A DNA stretch of 38,971 bases. Source: Priapulus caudatus (lineage: Eukaryota). The position numbers and the translations under genes are program-made. The stretch is taken from the NCBI RefSeq assembly GCF_000485595.1, contig NW_014577063.1, positions 908,214 through 947,184 of the forward strand. The letters are read 5' to 3'. Below the pieces are notes generated by a model. It was given only the letters and a program-made list of their open reading frames with translations. It searched no databases and was not told where the DNA came from. Positions 13,371 to 24,245 of this stretch are shown one piece after another; the first letter of the stretch is position 1; every line of letters starts with the position of its first letter.

Positions 13371-13680
13371 TTTAAATTTATTATATCATGTAAGTATACT
13401 ACTATACTATAGTATAGCCACGCGCTCGTGTGTGTGTCTGTGTGTGTGGTACAAGTACAATTATTAGTAATAATAGTCGTGGTAATTATCAGAGAACGCC
13501 AATGAGAAACGGATTAAACCCCTAAAAAACATCGCATGTATTAGTTGATTGTATGAAAGTGTATAGGCCGATTTAACGACCCGATCTCACTAACTAGTTA
13601 TGCGTAATTACAATTGTCGAAATTAAAATAAGTATGCTAACACGCGTATAAGTGACCTACTTGCCTGATTAACGTACCGG

Positions 13681-14451
13681 ATGTAATAAGTTCAGATATT
13701 GTTGTAGAGCCGTGTACAGTTTAACTTTCAGAGAGGTTTGATTTCGCACACAGCCATCTTCTATCTTCATCCTATCATAACCTTCGGAAAATATTCTTCT
13801 TCCCGTGAGATAATGTGCATGCGCGAGCACCGTTTCATGCATGCAGCACGGACTGAAGAAAACGGTATAATATAGCTTGCTGAAGGAGAAAGGGATGGGA
13901 GACTGAGGAAAGGCGGCAGGGATGATAGCTGAAGGGCGGTAGAAGAAGGAGGCTGATCGAGGGACTCGGGGGTGCAAGGGGAAGGACGGGAGGGGATGAA
14001 GTACGAGTTTTGCACCCTGCAGGCTAGGGCGCCCTCCTAATTATAAACACAGGTCTGCTGATAGCAATTTATTACATAAATCTATGCTGGGATACCCTCT
14101 AACCATATTAAATGCACATTCATAACAAAATATAACTCTTCTGGTGAGATATTGCGCATGCGCTAACACACTATCCAGATTGTGTACTGACAGGTATATG
14201 CAGCGGGCACCTTACATGCAAGGTCGTCTTCCTATTTCTTAAGTGAGATCTACTGATGGAATGTTATCATAGAAATCTATGCTAGAATACCTCCTCTTCA
14301 TGTTAATATGGTAACAGCAAGCGAGAGCATGGAAGCCAAACAAAACTATGACGAAAATGTAACGTAAATGAAAATCGCGTAGAAAAACAAATTCAAAATG
14401 AAATTTTATTAAAAACTGTATAGCCACTTGCGCGGATATAATAGTATTCAT
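13681..14451 (+). repeat. Long copy of the dispersed repeat carrying one ~540-bp satellite monomer (about 13765-14305)
   Basis: Arms match 11715-11962 in inverted orientation; the centre matches the tandem units at 37732-38692. Confidence 0.85.
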
Positions 14452-14556
14452 TAATGCAATGCAATTACGAGCCATGCACGTCTGTCTTATCGTGTACGCC
14501 AATTAACGTGTATTGTTTATTCTTATCTGTCATGAAAGGGTCTCCTTCTCTTTTTT

Positions 14557-14607
<51 letters not shown>

Positions 14608-15019
14608 CTTTCTCTTTCTCTCTCTGCGTGTGTGTTGGTGTTTGTGTGCGTGCGTGCGTGCGTGCGCGTGTGTGTGCGTGTGTGTGAGCGAATGAGAGAA
14701 AAAGAGAAAAAGACGAACAACGATGTTTTATCGCGCTTTTCATGTTTACCGTATTGCAAAATTGATGACAATCACGTAGAACGCCCGAGGTATCCTCCTT
14801 TTCTGGAAATTTCTTTATGAATTTTTTTTCCTGAAAATTTCTTTTAATTCAGATTTCAAATCAAATTTTAGTGTAACACTAAGCGTAGAGCCCATTATCT
14901 AGGTCATGCAATTTACAACGGATTTGCAATGCGTTGGATTAATGAAAATTCACACTTTCACACATGCACCGCGTAATATCTGTTTTCTAGGTAACCTTCA
15001 AACAGTAGTGAACGTGATA

Positions 15020-15070
15020 CGTATGATCACGTATGATCACGTATGATCATTTATGATCACGTATGATCAC
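15020..15070 (+). repeat. (GTATGATCAC)n 10-bp minisatellite, about 5 units
   Basis: Direct reading; lies at the junction of the duplication. Confidence 0.92.
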
Positions 15071-15071
15071 A

Positions 15072-18000
15072 GAGCATTTCGATTCACTTTTTAACACATT
15101 TATATATATATATATATATGAATACGATTATATCCGCGCAAGTGGCTATAGAGTTTTTAATTCAAATAAAAACTGATGACGTATTGATTTCTGCGGGATT
15201 TTCATTTGCGTTACATTTTCGTCATAGTTTTATTTGGCTTCCATGTTCTCGTTTGTTGTTACCATATAAAGCATGTGGAAGATTAATGCTGTGTGCGAAA
15301 TCAAACCTCTCTGAAAGTTAAACTGTACACGGCTCAACAACAGTATCTGAACTTATTACATATAGTACGCATATATATATATATATATACTAGCCTGGTA
15401 CCCGGCGTTGCTCGGGGAAAAACGCATAGGAACAACTTTTAAGAGCAAATTTAGCCACATATACTTACAATTTTATACTTACAATTTTATACTTACAATT
15501 TTAAAATATTTTCACCCCCTTCACCCATACGATCCCCATCAGACAGGAAAGAGAAACGTACTAGATTCACAATCTAAATACCATCCGGCCGCACGGACTC
15601 AATCTATGGGTAGAGATTCTGGGATGGATAGAAGACAGTTTTCACCCTCCCACAAGAATGGTATACACGTAAGGCTAATTCTCAGCCGACACTCTAGGGT
15701 AGCTGGTGGCTCGGTCTACCTTTTTATAACTTTAAAAAAAACTTAATTCTAAGGATAGATTCGTAACAGAGAAACAATCAATAAGAAATATTTGACAATA
15801 TTCTAAAACAGTTCGAACGATTCTATGATTCTATGTAGTCAAAGCTTCTAGATATACAGCATTGTTATCAAATTGTGCCAAGTTATTATGAGTATGCCTC
15901 TCTGGCTTTGCAAGCCTCGTCTCGCCTTTTAAATACACAATTGTAGCAGAGCTCCGCGCATATGGTTAGCCTACGCGTATATGTTTAGTATGCGTATTCC
16001 ACATTCAGCTCTTTGCCTTCCAGTGCCATTAATTACCTTATTACTTCGTTATTACCCCCATACGGTGCATTACAAGCACCGAGTTTAGAATCGTCCCCTC
16101 ACGCGTCGCCCGCGGACTCATCGCCCGCAGTTGTCACTGGTCATCACGGCATAGTGCGACGCGTGCCAACTGCGCAGTACGAATAGACCAATGACCAGCG
16201 ACCACGTCGAAGGAAACGTGGACAGGAGAGAGAAAGATGGAGGCCTGAGCCCCAGACGGATCTAGATAGAGCTTGGTGCATCGAGTCGGCGCACGGATAT
16301 ATAAGGGTAATAAATAATTTAATTTTTTATACCATGTTATATATTATATCCGAATGTATACACAGACAAATTACAATTTAAAAAATGCAAATGAACGAAA
16401 ATGAACCACTAAAAGTGTGTGTTGTGCTGCTTTTGAGACTCAACTGACAACTGAGTGCATAATGAAAAAAATGTATAAATTTGGCATAGTTTAACCTTGT
16501 ATTAACAAAGTTTTGCCTTTTGTCCGCTAGATGGCTACATTCGTGGGAATTCGGCTGTTCTACTTTTCTGACATCACCCCACTGCTAAAATTATCGCCCA
16601 TATTTAGGCCTATTTATCGTTATTATATCTACAAATAAGAATGGATTTAACAAATATGGATGAGCCTATGTTGGTGTCCGACACATGGTCTATATATACA
16701 CTGAGATCGGTGGCGTGGGCTTGATGCTCACCGCGGCGAAGATTACCGTGTCAGAAAATCGGCTTCTTCTCTCTTATAATATTATAAATTATTATATATT
16801 ATATACTATATATATATACACGCGCTCGTGTGTGTGTCTGTGGTGTGTGGTACAAGTACAATATTAGTAATAATAGTCGTGGTAATTATCAGAGAACGCC
16901 AATGAGAAACGGATTAAACCCCTAAAAAACATCGCATGTATTAGTTGATTGTATGAAAGTGTATAGGCCGATTTAACGACCGCGATCTTCAACTAAACTA
17001 TTAGTTGCGTAATTACAATTGTCGAAATTAAAATAAGTATGCTAACACGCGTATAAGTGACCTACTTGCCTGATTAACGTACCGGATGTAATAAGTTCAG
17101 ATATTGTTGTAGAGGCGTGTACAGTTTAACTTTCAGAGAGAGTTTGATTTCGCACACAGCCATCTTCTATCTTCATCCTCATCTACCCTTCGGAAATATT
17201 CTTCTTCCCGGAATAATGTGCATGGCGCGAGCACCGTTTTCATGCATGCAGCAGCGGACTGAGAAAACGGTATATATAGGCTTGCTGAAGGAGAAAGGGA
17301 TGGGAGACTGAGGAACGGCGCAGGGATGATAGCTGAAGGCGGTAGAAGAAGGGGCTGATCGAGGAGACTCGGGGGTGCAAGGGAAGGACGGAGGGGATGA
17401 AGTACGAGTTTTGCACCCTGCAGCTACCGGCGCCCCCTAATTATAACACAGGTCTGCTGATAGCAATTTATTACATAAATCTATGCTGGGATACCTCTAA
17501 CCCATATTAAATGCACATTCATACAAAATATAACGTCTTCTGGTGAGATATTGCGCATGCGCTAACACACATCCAGATTGTGTACTGACAGTATATCAGC
17601 GGCGCACCTTACATGCAGTACCGTCTCTCCTATTTCTTAAGTGAGATCTACTGATGGAATGTTATCATAGAAATCTAGTGCTAGAAGTACCTCCATCTTC
17701 ATGTTAATATTGGTAACAAGCAAGCGCCGAGACATGGGAAGCCAAAACAAAACTATGAGGAAAATGAACGGTAATAATGATAAATCGCGTAGAAAAACCA
17801 TTCAAAATGAAATTTTATTACAAAACTGATAGCCACGTGCGCGGCATCATACACTAGTATTCATAATGCAATGCAATTTACGAGCCATGCAACGTCTGGT
17901 CGAAACGTTACGCCAATTAGCGTGTATTTGTTATTCTCAATCTGTCGATGAATAGGTTCCTTCTCTTTTTCTCCCTTTCTCTCTCTCTCTCTCTCTCTCT

Positions 18001-18480
18001 GCTCTCTGTGGTCTTTCTCTGTTCCTCTCTCTGCGTGGTGTTGGTGGTTTGTGTGCGTGTGTGTTGTGTTTGTTGTGCGTGCGTGCGTGCGGCGCCGTGT
18101 GGTGTGCGTTGTGTGTGAGCGAAGTGAGAGAATAAAGAGAAAAAAGACGAACGAACGAGTGTTTATCGCCGCTTTTTTCATGTTTACCGTATTGCAAAAT
18201 TGATTGAACACATCACGTAGACGCCCGAGGTAATCCTCCTTTCTGAAAAGTTTCTGTATGAGATTTTTTTCGCCGAAAATGTTCTTTTATTCAGATTTCA
18301 AAATCAAATTTTAGTGGTAACACTAAGCGTAGAGCCCATTATCGTAGGTCATGCAATTTACACGGAGTTTGGCCATTCGTTGGGGATTAATGAAATTCCA
18401 CCTTTCACACATCCACCGCGTAATTAAAAAATTCTTGTTTTTTCTAGGTAACCTTGAAACAGTGGGATGAACGTGATACG
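15072..18480 (+). repeat. Copy 2 of the ~3.4-kb tandem duplication
   Basis: Colinear with copy 1; differences are mostly 1-nt indels and increase after ~17600. Confidence 0.95.
15390..16785 (-). mobile_element. Non-autonomous Helitron-like element (duplicate copy)
   Basis: ctagcctggtacccggcgttgctcggg at 15390, the same hairpin+CTAG terminus as at 11993. Confidence 0.7.
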
Positions 18481-18650
18481 TATGATCACGTATGATCACG
18501 TATGATCACGTATGATCACGTATGATCACGTATGATCACGTATGATTACGTATGATCACGTATGATCACGTATGACACGTATGATCGAGATCCAGATCAC
18601 ACAGTACTATGACCATGTACGTATGACCACGTACGTATGATCACGTACGT
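18480..18650 (+). repeat. (GTATGATCAC)n minisatellite, about 11 clean units plus degenerate ones
   Basis: Direct reading. Confidence 0.93.
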
Positions 18651-19832
18651 GCACCAAATGCTAGATCAATATTTTATTTATCACATAGACCTATTATAAT
18701 TCGCGTGAATAAGAATACGTTCTGACGGATAATATTTTACCGCCGGAAATTGCGCATTGCAGCGTTTGCGACTCACTACGTACGCGCCACACCGACGCGT
18801 GCGGGATTCCGAGCGCAGGCATGTTGTTTACGCTAATTANNNNNNNNNNAAAATAAAATTAGCGATGGCCAAATATTTTGTAAAAGGACGTAATTTAATC
18901 GCAGTGAAAGATGATTGTAAGCACCATCATAACATATTTGCATGTTTAATTAAAGAAGTCAATTTTGGCAATCGGTTACCCTACATCGACTACGTGGGGG
19001 GGGCCACAATAGGCACAAAGCATCCAAGCATAACGCGCAACAGCAAGGCGAGCAGGCTGAGCAGCAGGCAGCACAGGAAACGCTACTACCGGGGAGCGGG
19101 GCGCCGCAACGCACCAACAGACCACCAAACCGAGGATCGCGAACCGACCGGGAAAACAGCAACCACCGAACGGACGCGGGGGGACCGGGACCGACCACAG
19201 CGCGACTCGACACCCGAGGGACCGGGGTGCACGCAACAAGCAAACAACACAACAACAAACAACAGACAGACGAACAGACAACAGATCAACGGGGCGGTGG
19301 GACAACACACAACAACACACAGGCCGGGGGAGCCACCGCTATGGCGCACAATAAGCGGAACAAAAAGCAAGCAACAACAACAAGCATCGTTTCTTAAATC
19401 GTTAACTCAAAGTCGCCCTGAGGCGAAGTTGAAAAAGAATTTGCCGGACAGCAAGGAAAAGAACCGTCAGGTGGGCGGGTTCTGTTTAAGCAGAGGCACC
19501 CGTTGCCGCTAAACAAAGTCCGCTAAAAACAGTCCGTTAAAAAAGACAAAAAACGTCCCCCTTCTCCGCACGCACGACAGCTACAAATAGGCGCAAACTC
19601 TTCCGGCGAAAATAAATAAATTAACTTTTCATCATTAAAATTCAACAAACTTCGGTCCCGATCGACTAGGTGACGCATGATTCGGGAGCGGATGCGTGCG
19701 GCGTGCGGCGGAGGCCACCCACGGGCCTACCTCGACCCGAACTCAAATTTGTTCAAACCTGTTAGTTTTATTCGTTATTTATGCCCGATCAGTCGATGCC
19801 TAGATTTTGTCGATGGTTCGTATTTCTGCTAG

Positions 19833-20230
19833 CGAGAGAGAGAGAGAGAAGAGTAGAGCGCGAGATTGGAAAGAGAGCCCGAGCGCGCAAGGAGAGAAGG
19901 GGTGAGAACGAGGAGACGAGTATCGCGCGCCGCGAAAAAGAATGATAGATTGAGAGAGATAGCGTGCAAAAGAAACTAAGGGAGAGAGCGAATAGAGAGA
20001 GAGAGAGAGAAAGGGAGAGAGGAGTGAGAGAAGAAAGAGAGAGAGATAATGAGAGAGGCGAGGAGAGAGGGGGAAAGATAGCGAAGAAGAGAGAAAAAAA
20101 AAAGAGAGAAGAGAGAGAAAGAAAAGCGAGAGAGAGAGAGAGAGAGGAAAGGAAGAAGGAAGAAGAGAGAGAGAGAAATTGCAGAGCGAAGAGAGAGAGA
20201 GAAGAGAGAGAGAAGCGAGAGAGAGAGAAT
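19833..20230 (+). repeat. Degenerate (GA)n tract
   Basis: Purine-rich dinucleotide array; source of the RE-repeat ORFs. Confidence 0.93.
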
Positions 20231-20399
20231 GCCTATGCATAAACTCACAGCGCGCGGTAGATTGAACGGCTCGTGCCTGCGCCTCCGCGCGCCGCGCGCC
20301 CCAGGGGAAAATAATTATTACTAATGTATCGCTGCTATAGCAACGCGGCGCGCTGGGCGTGCCGAAGCAAGAGCGCCGTAGATATGGCTGCGCGCGCAG

Positions 20400-20433
20400 T
20401 GTGTGTGTGTGTGTGTGTGTCTGTCTGTCTCTC

Positions 20434-20500
<67 letters not shown>

Positions 20501-21170
20501 TCTCTCTGCTCTCGTCGTTCCTCAATCTCTCTCTGCTCTCTCGGTCTCTCTCTCTCTCTCTCCCTGCCATGCCGCTCTCATTTCTCTTTCCTTATCGTCC
20601 GCTCTCTCTCCGCTCATTTCTCTCTGCTCTCTCTCGGTCCCCCCCCCTCACGCTCCTCGCTGCGCTTTCTCTGTCTCTCTATTCTCAACTCTCTTCTTCA
20701 CTCTCTTGCTCTCAAACTCTCTTTCTCTCGCGTCGTCATTTCTCTCACTCTTTTCTCTCATCTCTCTCTCTCTTCTCGTCTCATCTCATCTCTCTCTCTC
20801 TCTCTCTATCACTCACGTCTCTTTTTCTCTCTCATCTCTCTCTCTCACTGGTCTCTTTCCTCTCTCTCCTCTCGTCTCTCTCTCTGCTCTCTCTTCTCTC
20901 AATCTCTCTCGTCCTCTCATCTCATCTCTCTCTCTCCTCGGCTCAGTCTCTTCCTCCCCCCTCCTCGTCTCGTCTCTCTCGTCCCTCATCTTCTCGTCTC
21001 CTTCTCTCCTCTCTCCTCTCTCTCTCTCTCCTCTCCTTTCTCCCGTCGTTTTAATCCTCTCCCTCTTCTCTCCCTCTCCCTCTCTCTCCTCTCTCTCTGC
21101 TCTCTCTCTATCTATCTCTTTCTCTCTCGCGCTCGCTCGCTCGCTCTCTCTGCCTCTCGCCTTCTCGCTG
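20400..21170 (+). repeat. (TG)n followed by a long degenerate (CT)n tract
   Basis: Direct reading; source of the SL-repeat ORFs. Confidence 0.95.
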
Positions 21171-21339
21171 TTCTGTTCAATTAATGAAATGTCAGAACTG
21201 GATGCGTGGCGAATGACCGCCCAGCGAGAGCAATAAACCGTTATGGGCGTCTGGCCAGTACGTCAGCGCCTCGCACAAGCCACCGCTAGAACACCGCCTG
21301 TTCAAATCACGCCAACACTCTCACCACCGCCCCCTCGCG

Positions 21340-21595
21340 CCGCTCCTCCTCCTCCTCCTCCTCCTCTCCCTCTCTCTGTCTCCCTCTGTGTGTTAGTCGC
21401 TAGTTCGTTATTATGCTGGGTACGATGGTTGGCTGTCACTGCGTCACATCGCGTATATGCAGCGCAGACGTTAGCAACGAGAGAGAGAGAGGGAGGGAGA
21501 GGGAGAGGGAGGGAGGAGGGAGAGGGCGAGGGGGGGAGAGATGAGAGACATAGAGGAAGAGAGAGAGCGCGAGAGGCATAGATGAAAGAGATAAC

Positions 21596-21652
<57 letters not shown>

Positions 21653-21757
21653 CGAGAGAGGGGGGCAAAAAGAGAGCTTCATGTTTGTTGTTGTTAAAAC
21701 CTGAATCCATAACTATATATATATACATATATATATATATACTATATTATATTATAG

Positions 21758-21789
<32 letters not shown>

Positions 21790-21790
21790 G
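21340..21790 (+). repeat. Cluster of (CCT)n, (GA)n and (TA)n microsatellites
   Basis: Direct reading. Confidence 0.9.
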
Positions 21791-23069
21791 ATACATGTCC
21801 GAGGCTAGCGCTGCGTACGTTTTGTAACGGTGTTTCTAATTAAAGATCTTATATCTTCGGCTGATGATTTTCGTAATTGCCGTGATTGCATTTGAAGATC
21901 GTGATGTACCATAACGACCGCTAAAAGCAGTGTTTGCCAGTTTAGTCATTCCAAATCGGTTACACCGGATTCTTAATGACATGCGATATAGTAAGGGTCG
22001 CAGTGTGGGGGAAGCTGTCGAGACGGGGAGGGTTGTGGGAAAAGTGTAGTGGCGCATCGTATGTTGGACACGGAAAGGCTGTTTCATGGCCGTCTGATGC
22101 CCAAAATAATGAATTATCCTTCTATTTTCTATACCCGCATGTAGTGCGGAGACAGTACAGCTGATTATCTTCTACTGCGGCTACGACGCCGATGATCACG
22201 ATGCGGGTCAACTTCGGTCTGTGAACAAGTGTAGGAACCTACATGCTCACCGTGACCGCGCGTGGCCATCGGGTGACTGCCGGGCAGACGCCGAAGCGCA
22301 ATACGAGAGAGAGAGAGAGCGAAAAGGACATCTACTAGGCAGACGTATGGGCGAACAGAGAAAAGCCCGCGAATACGCCGTGGTCGCGATTCCGCGAGTT
22401 TCCCGTTAGAATGTCACAAGATGGCGGACAATAAGAGGCGGAAACGTTATCTACGCGCGAGTGTTTATTAGTTGCTGTTACTAGCGACGAGGATTAAAGA
22501 TGACGGCCGCGGAATTTTAATTTTGTGCTGTGCGTGTGGCGTGTGCGTGGCGTACGTGCGTGCAGTGCGTGGTACGTACTCTAGTCACACACTATATTAG
22601 TACGAAGATACTGCAGCGCGCTTCAGATCTTGCCACTGCGTGTTGTGATAGGCTATAGACACGCCCATCTAGCATAATTACGCCGCGGAGAATGGTGCGC
22701 TTGTTTTCGGATCGTTTGTTGTTTTGAATGTTTAACTGAAACGTTGAACAGTAAAATCACGAAAGTTTTTTTCATTACTCTATTGAGTTTAGGCAACTGT
22801 GCGGGTGCCGTGGTACTTTAACGTGATTATATATAAGGAAAAACATAACGAATGAAGTGTAATTGTGTGGCATTTCTGTGAACTTTTTGGAGTCTGCCAT
22901 TGACTGATACAGATAGATTTTAGCTTAAACTGTGAAAAAGCGCTTGTATAATCGCAGTATGTATATTACACCTGTACTATGTCGATTACATGTACGATAT
23001 TGTAATGATGTTCATGAACATCGCAACGCGCGCAAGCGATGTGTGGCGTGGCGTGTAATTATTATATAC

Positions 23070-23077
23070 GTATATAA

Positions 23078-23113
<36 letters not shown>

Positions 23114-23132
23114 TCGGCGTGTGCGTGTGTGG

Positions 23133-23178
<46 letters not shown>

Positions 23179-23200
23179 TGTTGTGTGTGTGTGTGTGTAT
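23070..23200 (+). repeat. (TA)n/(TG)n microsatellite
   Basis: Direct reading. Confidence 0.92.
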
Positions 23201-23574
23201 GTGAATATAGCATGTGAATGATTATATTAAAATGTCAATATTGATCTGAACAGAACCCCCGCTTGTCGTCTCTATTCTCTGCTGCTTCGTTTTCTCTGGT
23301 CGCGGTGTTTTCTCTTGCAGCCCTGCCGTCTCTGCTGCCTGAGCGTCTGACGTTCGGCGACAAAAGCCGCGTAATTTTCACTTAGACGGCCTGACATCAA
23401 TGGCTGCTGCTCCCGCCACGTAAAAAGATCGCAAAATCATTTCGGCCGACGCCGCGTTCGATTCATTACCGCGAACAAACATTTGCACTCGCTAACAAAG
23501 AACGTATCCCTCGCGCATCACCGCGCCTGGCTGCATTCTGGGAGAAACACAAAACCTCTCCGCGAAATTGCGCG

Positions 23575-23835
23575 CGCGCACACATATACGCAACAACACA
23601 CATCACGCACACATATGCGCGCGCGCACACACGCACACACACATGCCACCACACACACACACACACACACACACACACCACACACACAACACACGCAGCA
23701 CACACACACACACACGAGGCACACACATCACACACGCACACGCACACACATACACACATAAACACACGCGCACGCACACACGCACGCGCGCACCGCCCCC
23801 CACCCACACCCACACGCCCCCTCAACCCCACACAC
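23575..23835 (+). repeat. Degenerate (CA)n microsatellite
   Basis: Direct reading. Confidence 0.92.
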
Positions 23836-23989
23836 AGTCGATTAGACTACGGCTATACGACCAAATGGTGAAAATGACCAAATGACCAAATGACCGAATG
23901 ATCGAATGCTGGAAACAGACGAACGGCGAACGGCGCGCAGCAGAGAGAGCGATACGTAATTTCTCCCCGAAGCGTCGTGACGCCGGCGC

Positions 23990-23994
<5 letters not shown>

Positions 23995-24044
<50 letters not shown>

Positions 24045-24080
24045 ATATATATATATATATATGCTTGAGATCGTCAGTCG
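23995..24080 (+). promoter_or_regulatory. Candidate core promoter of the GPCR gene: (CT)n, TATA run and TCAGT initiator
   Basis: The TATATATA run starts at 24044 and a TCAGT Inr-like motif lies at 24074-24078 (about 30 nt spacing), 90 nt upstream of the ATG. Confidence 0.4.
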
Positions 24081-24163
24081 CTGGCACACGTTACACTCTA
24101 GCTGCACGCGCAAGAGCTGTGTATACCTGCTTCTCATCGTTGTTGTCGCCAGTAGCAGCAACG

Positions 24164-24245
24164 ATGCTCAAAGCAGTGCTGCTGGGTGTGCTCGCGTGCG
24201 TGCAGGCGGCTATCGCAACCAACGTAGATGAAGCAGGCACCAAAG
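24164..24245 (+). CDS. GPCR exon 1: signal peptide [27 protein letters not shown]
   Basis: acgATG context, hydrophobic core and AIA|T cleavage-like site; donor AAG|gtaggt, phase 1, compatible with exon 2. Confidence 0.78.

Larger units (their letters stand above)
11664..15071 (+). repeat. Copy 1 of a ~3.4-kb tandem duplication
   Basis: Starts gagcatttcgattcactttttaa; colinear with 15072-18480 along its whole length; ends in (GTATGATCAC)n. Confidence 0.95.

Noticed and set aside
18757..19512. 251-aa ORF
   Set aside because: Spans an N gap and a T-depleted low-quality segment; no recognisable domain.
19800..21728. Long SL-rich and RE-rich ORFs
   Set aside because: Translations of (CT)n and (GA)n tracts.
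22421..22500. MADNKRRKRY...SDED resembling a piggyBac transposase N-terminus
   Set aside because: Needs a frameshift, stops at once, and no TTAA-CCC TIR or DDD domain follows.
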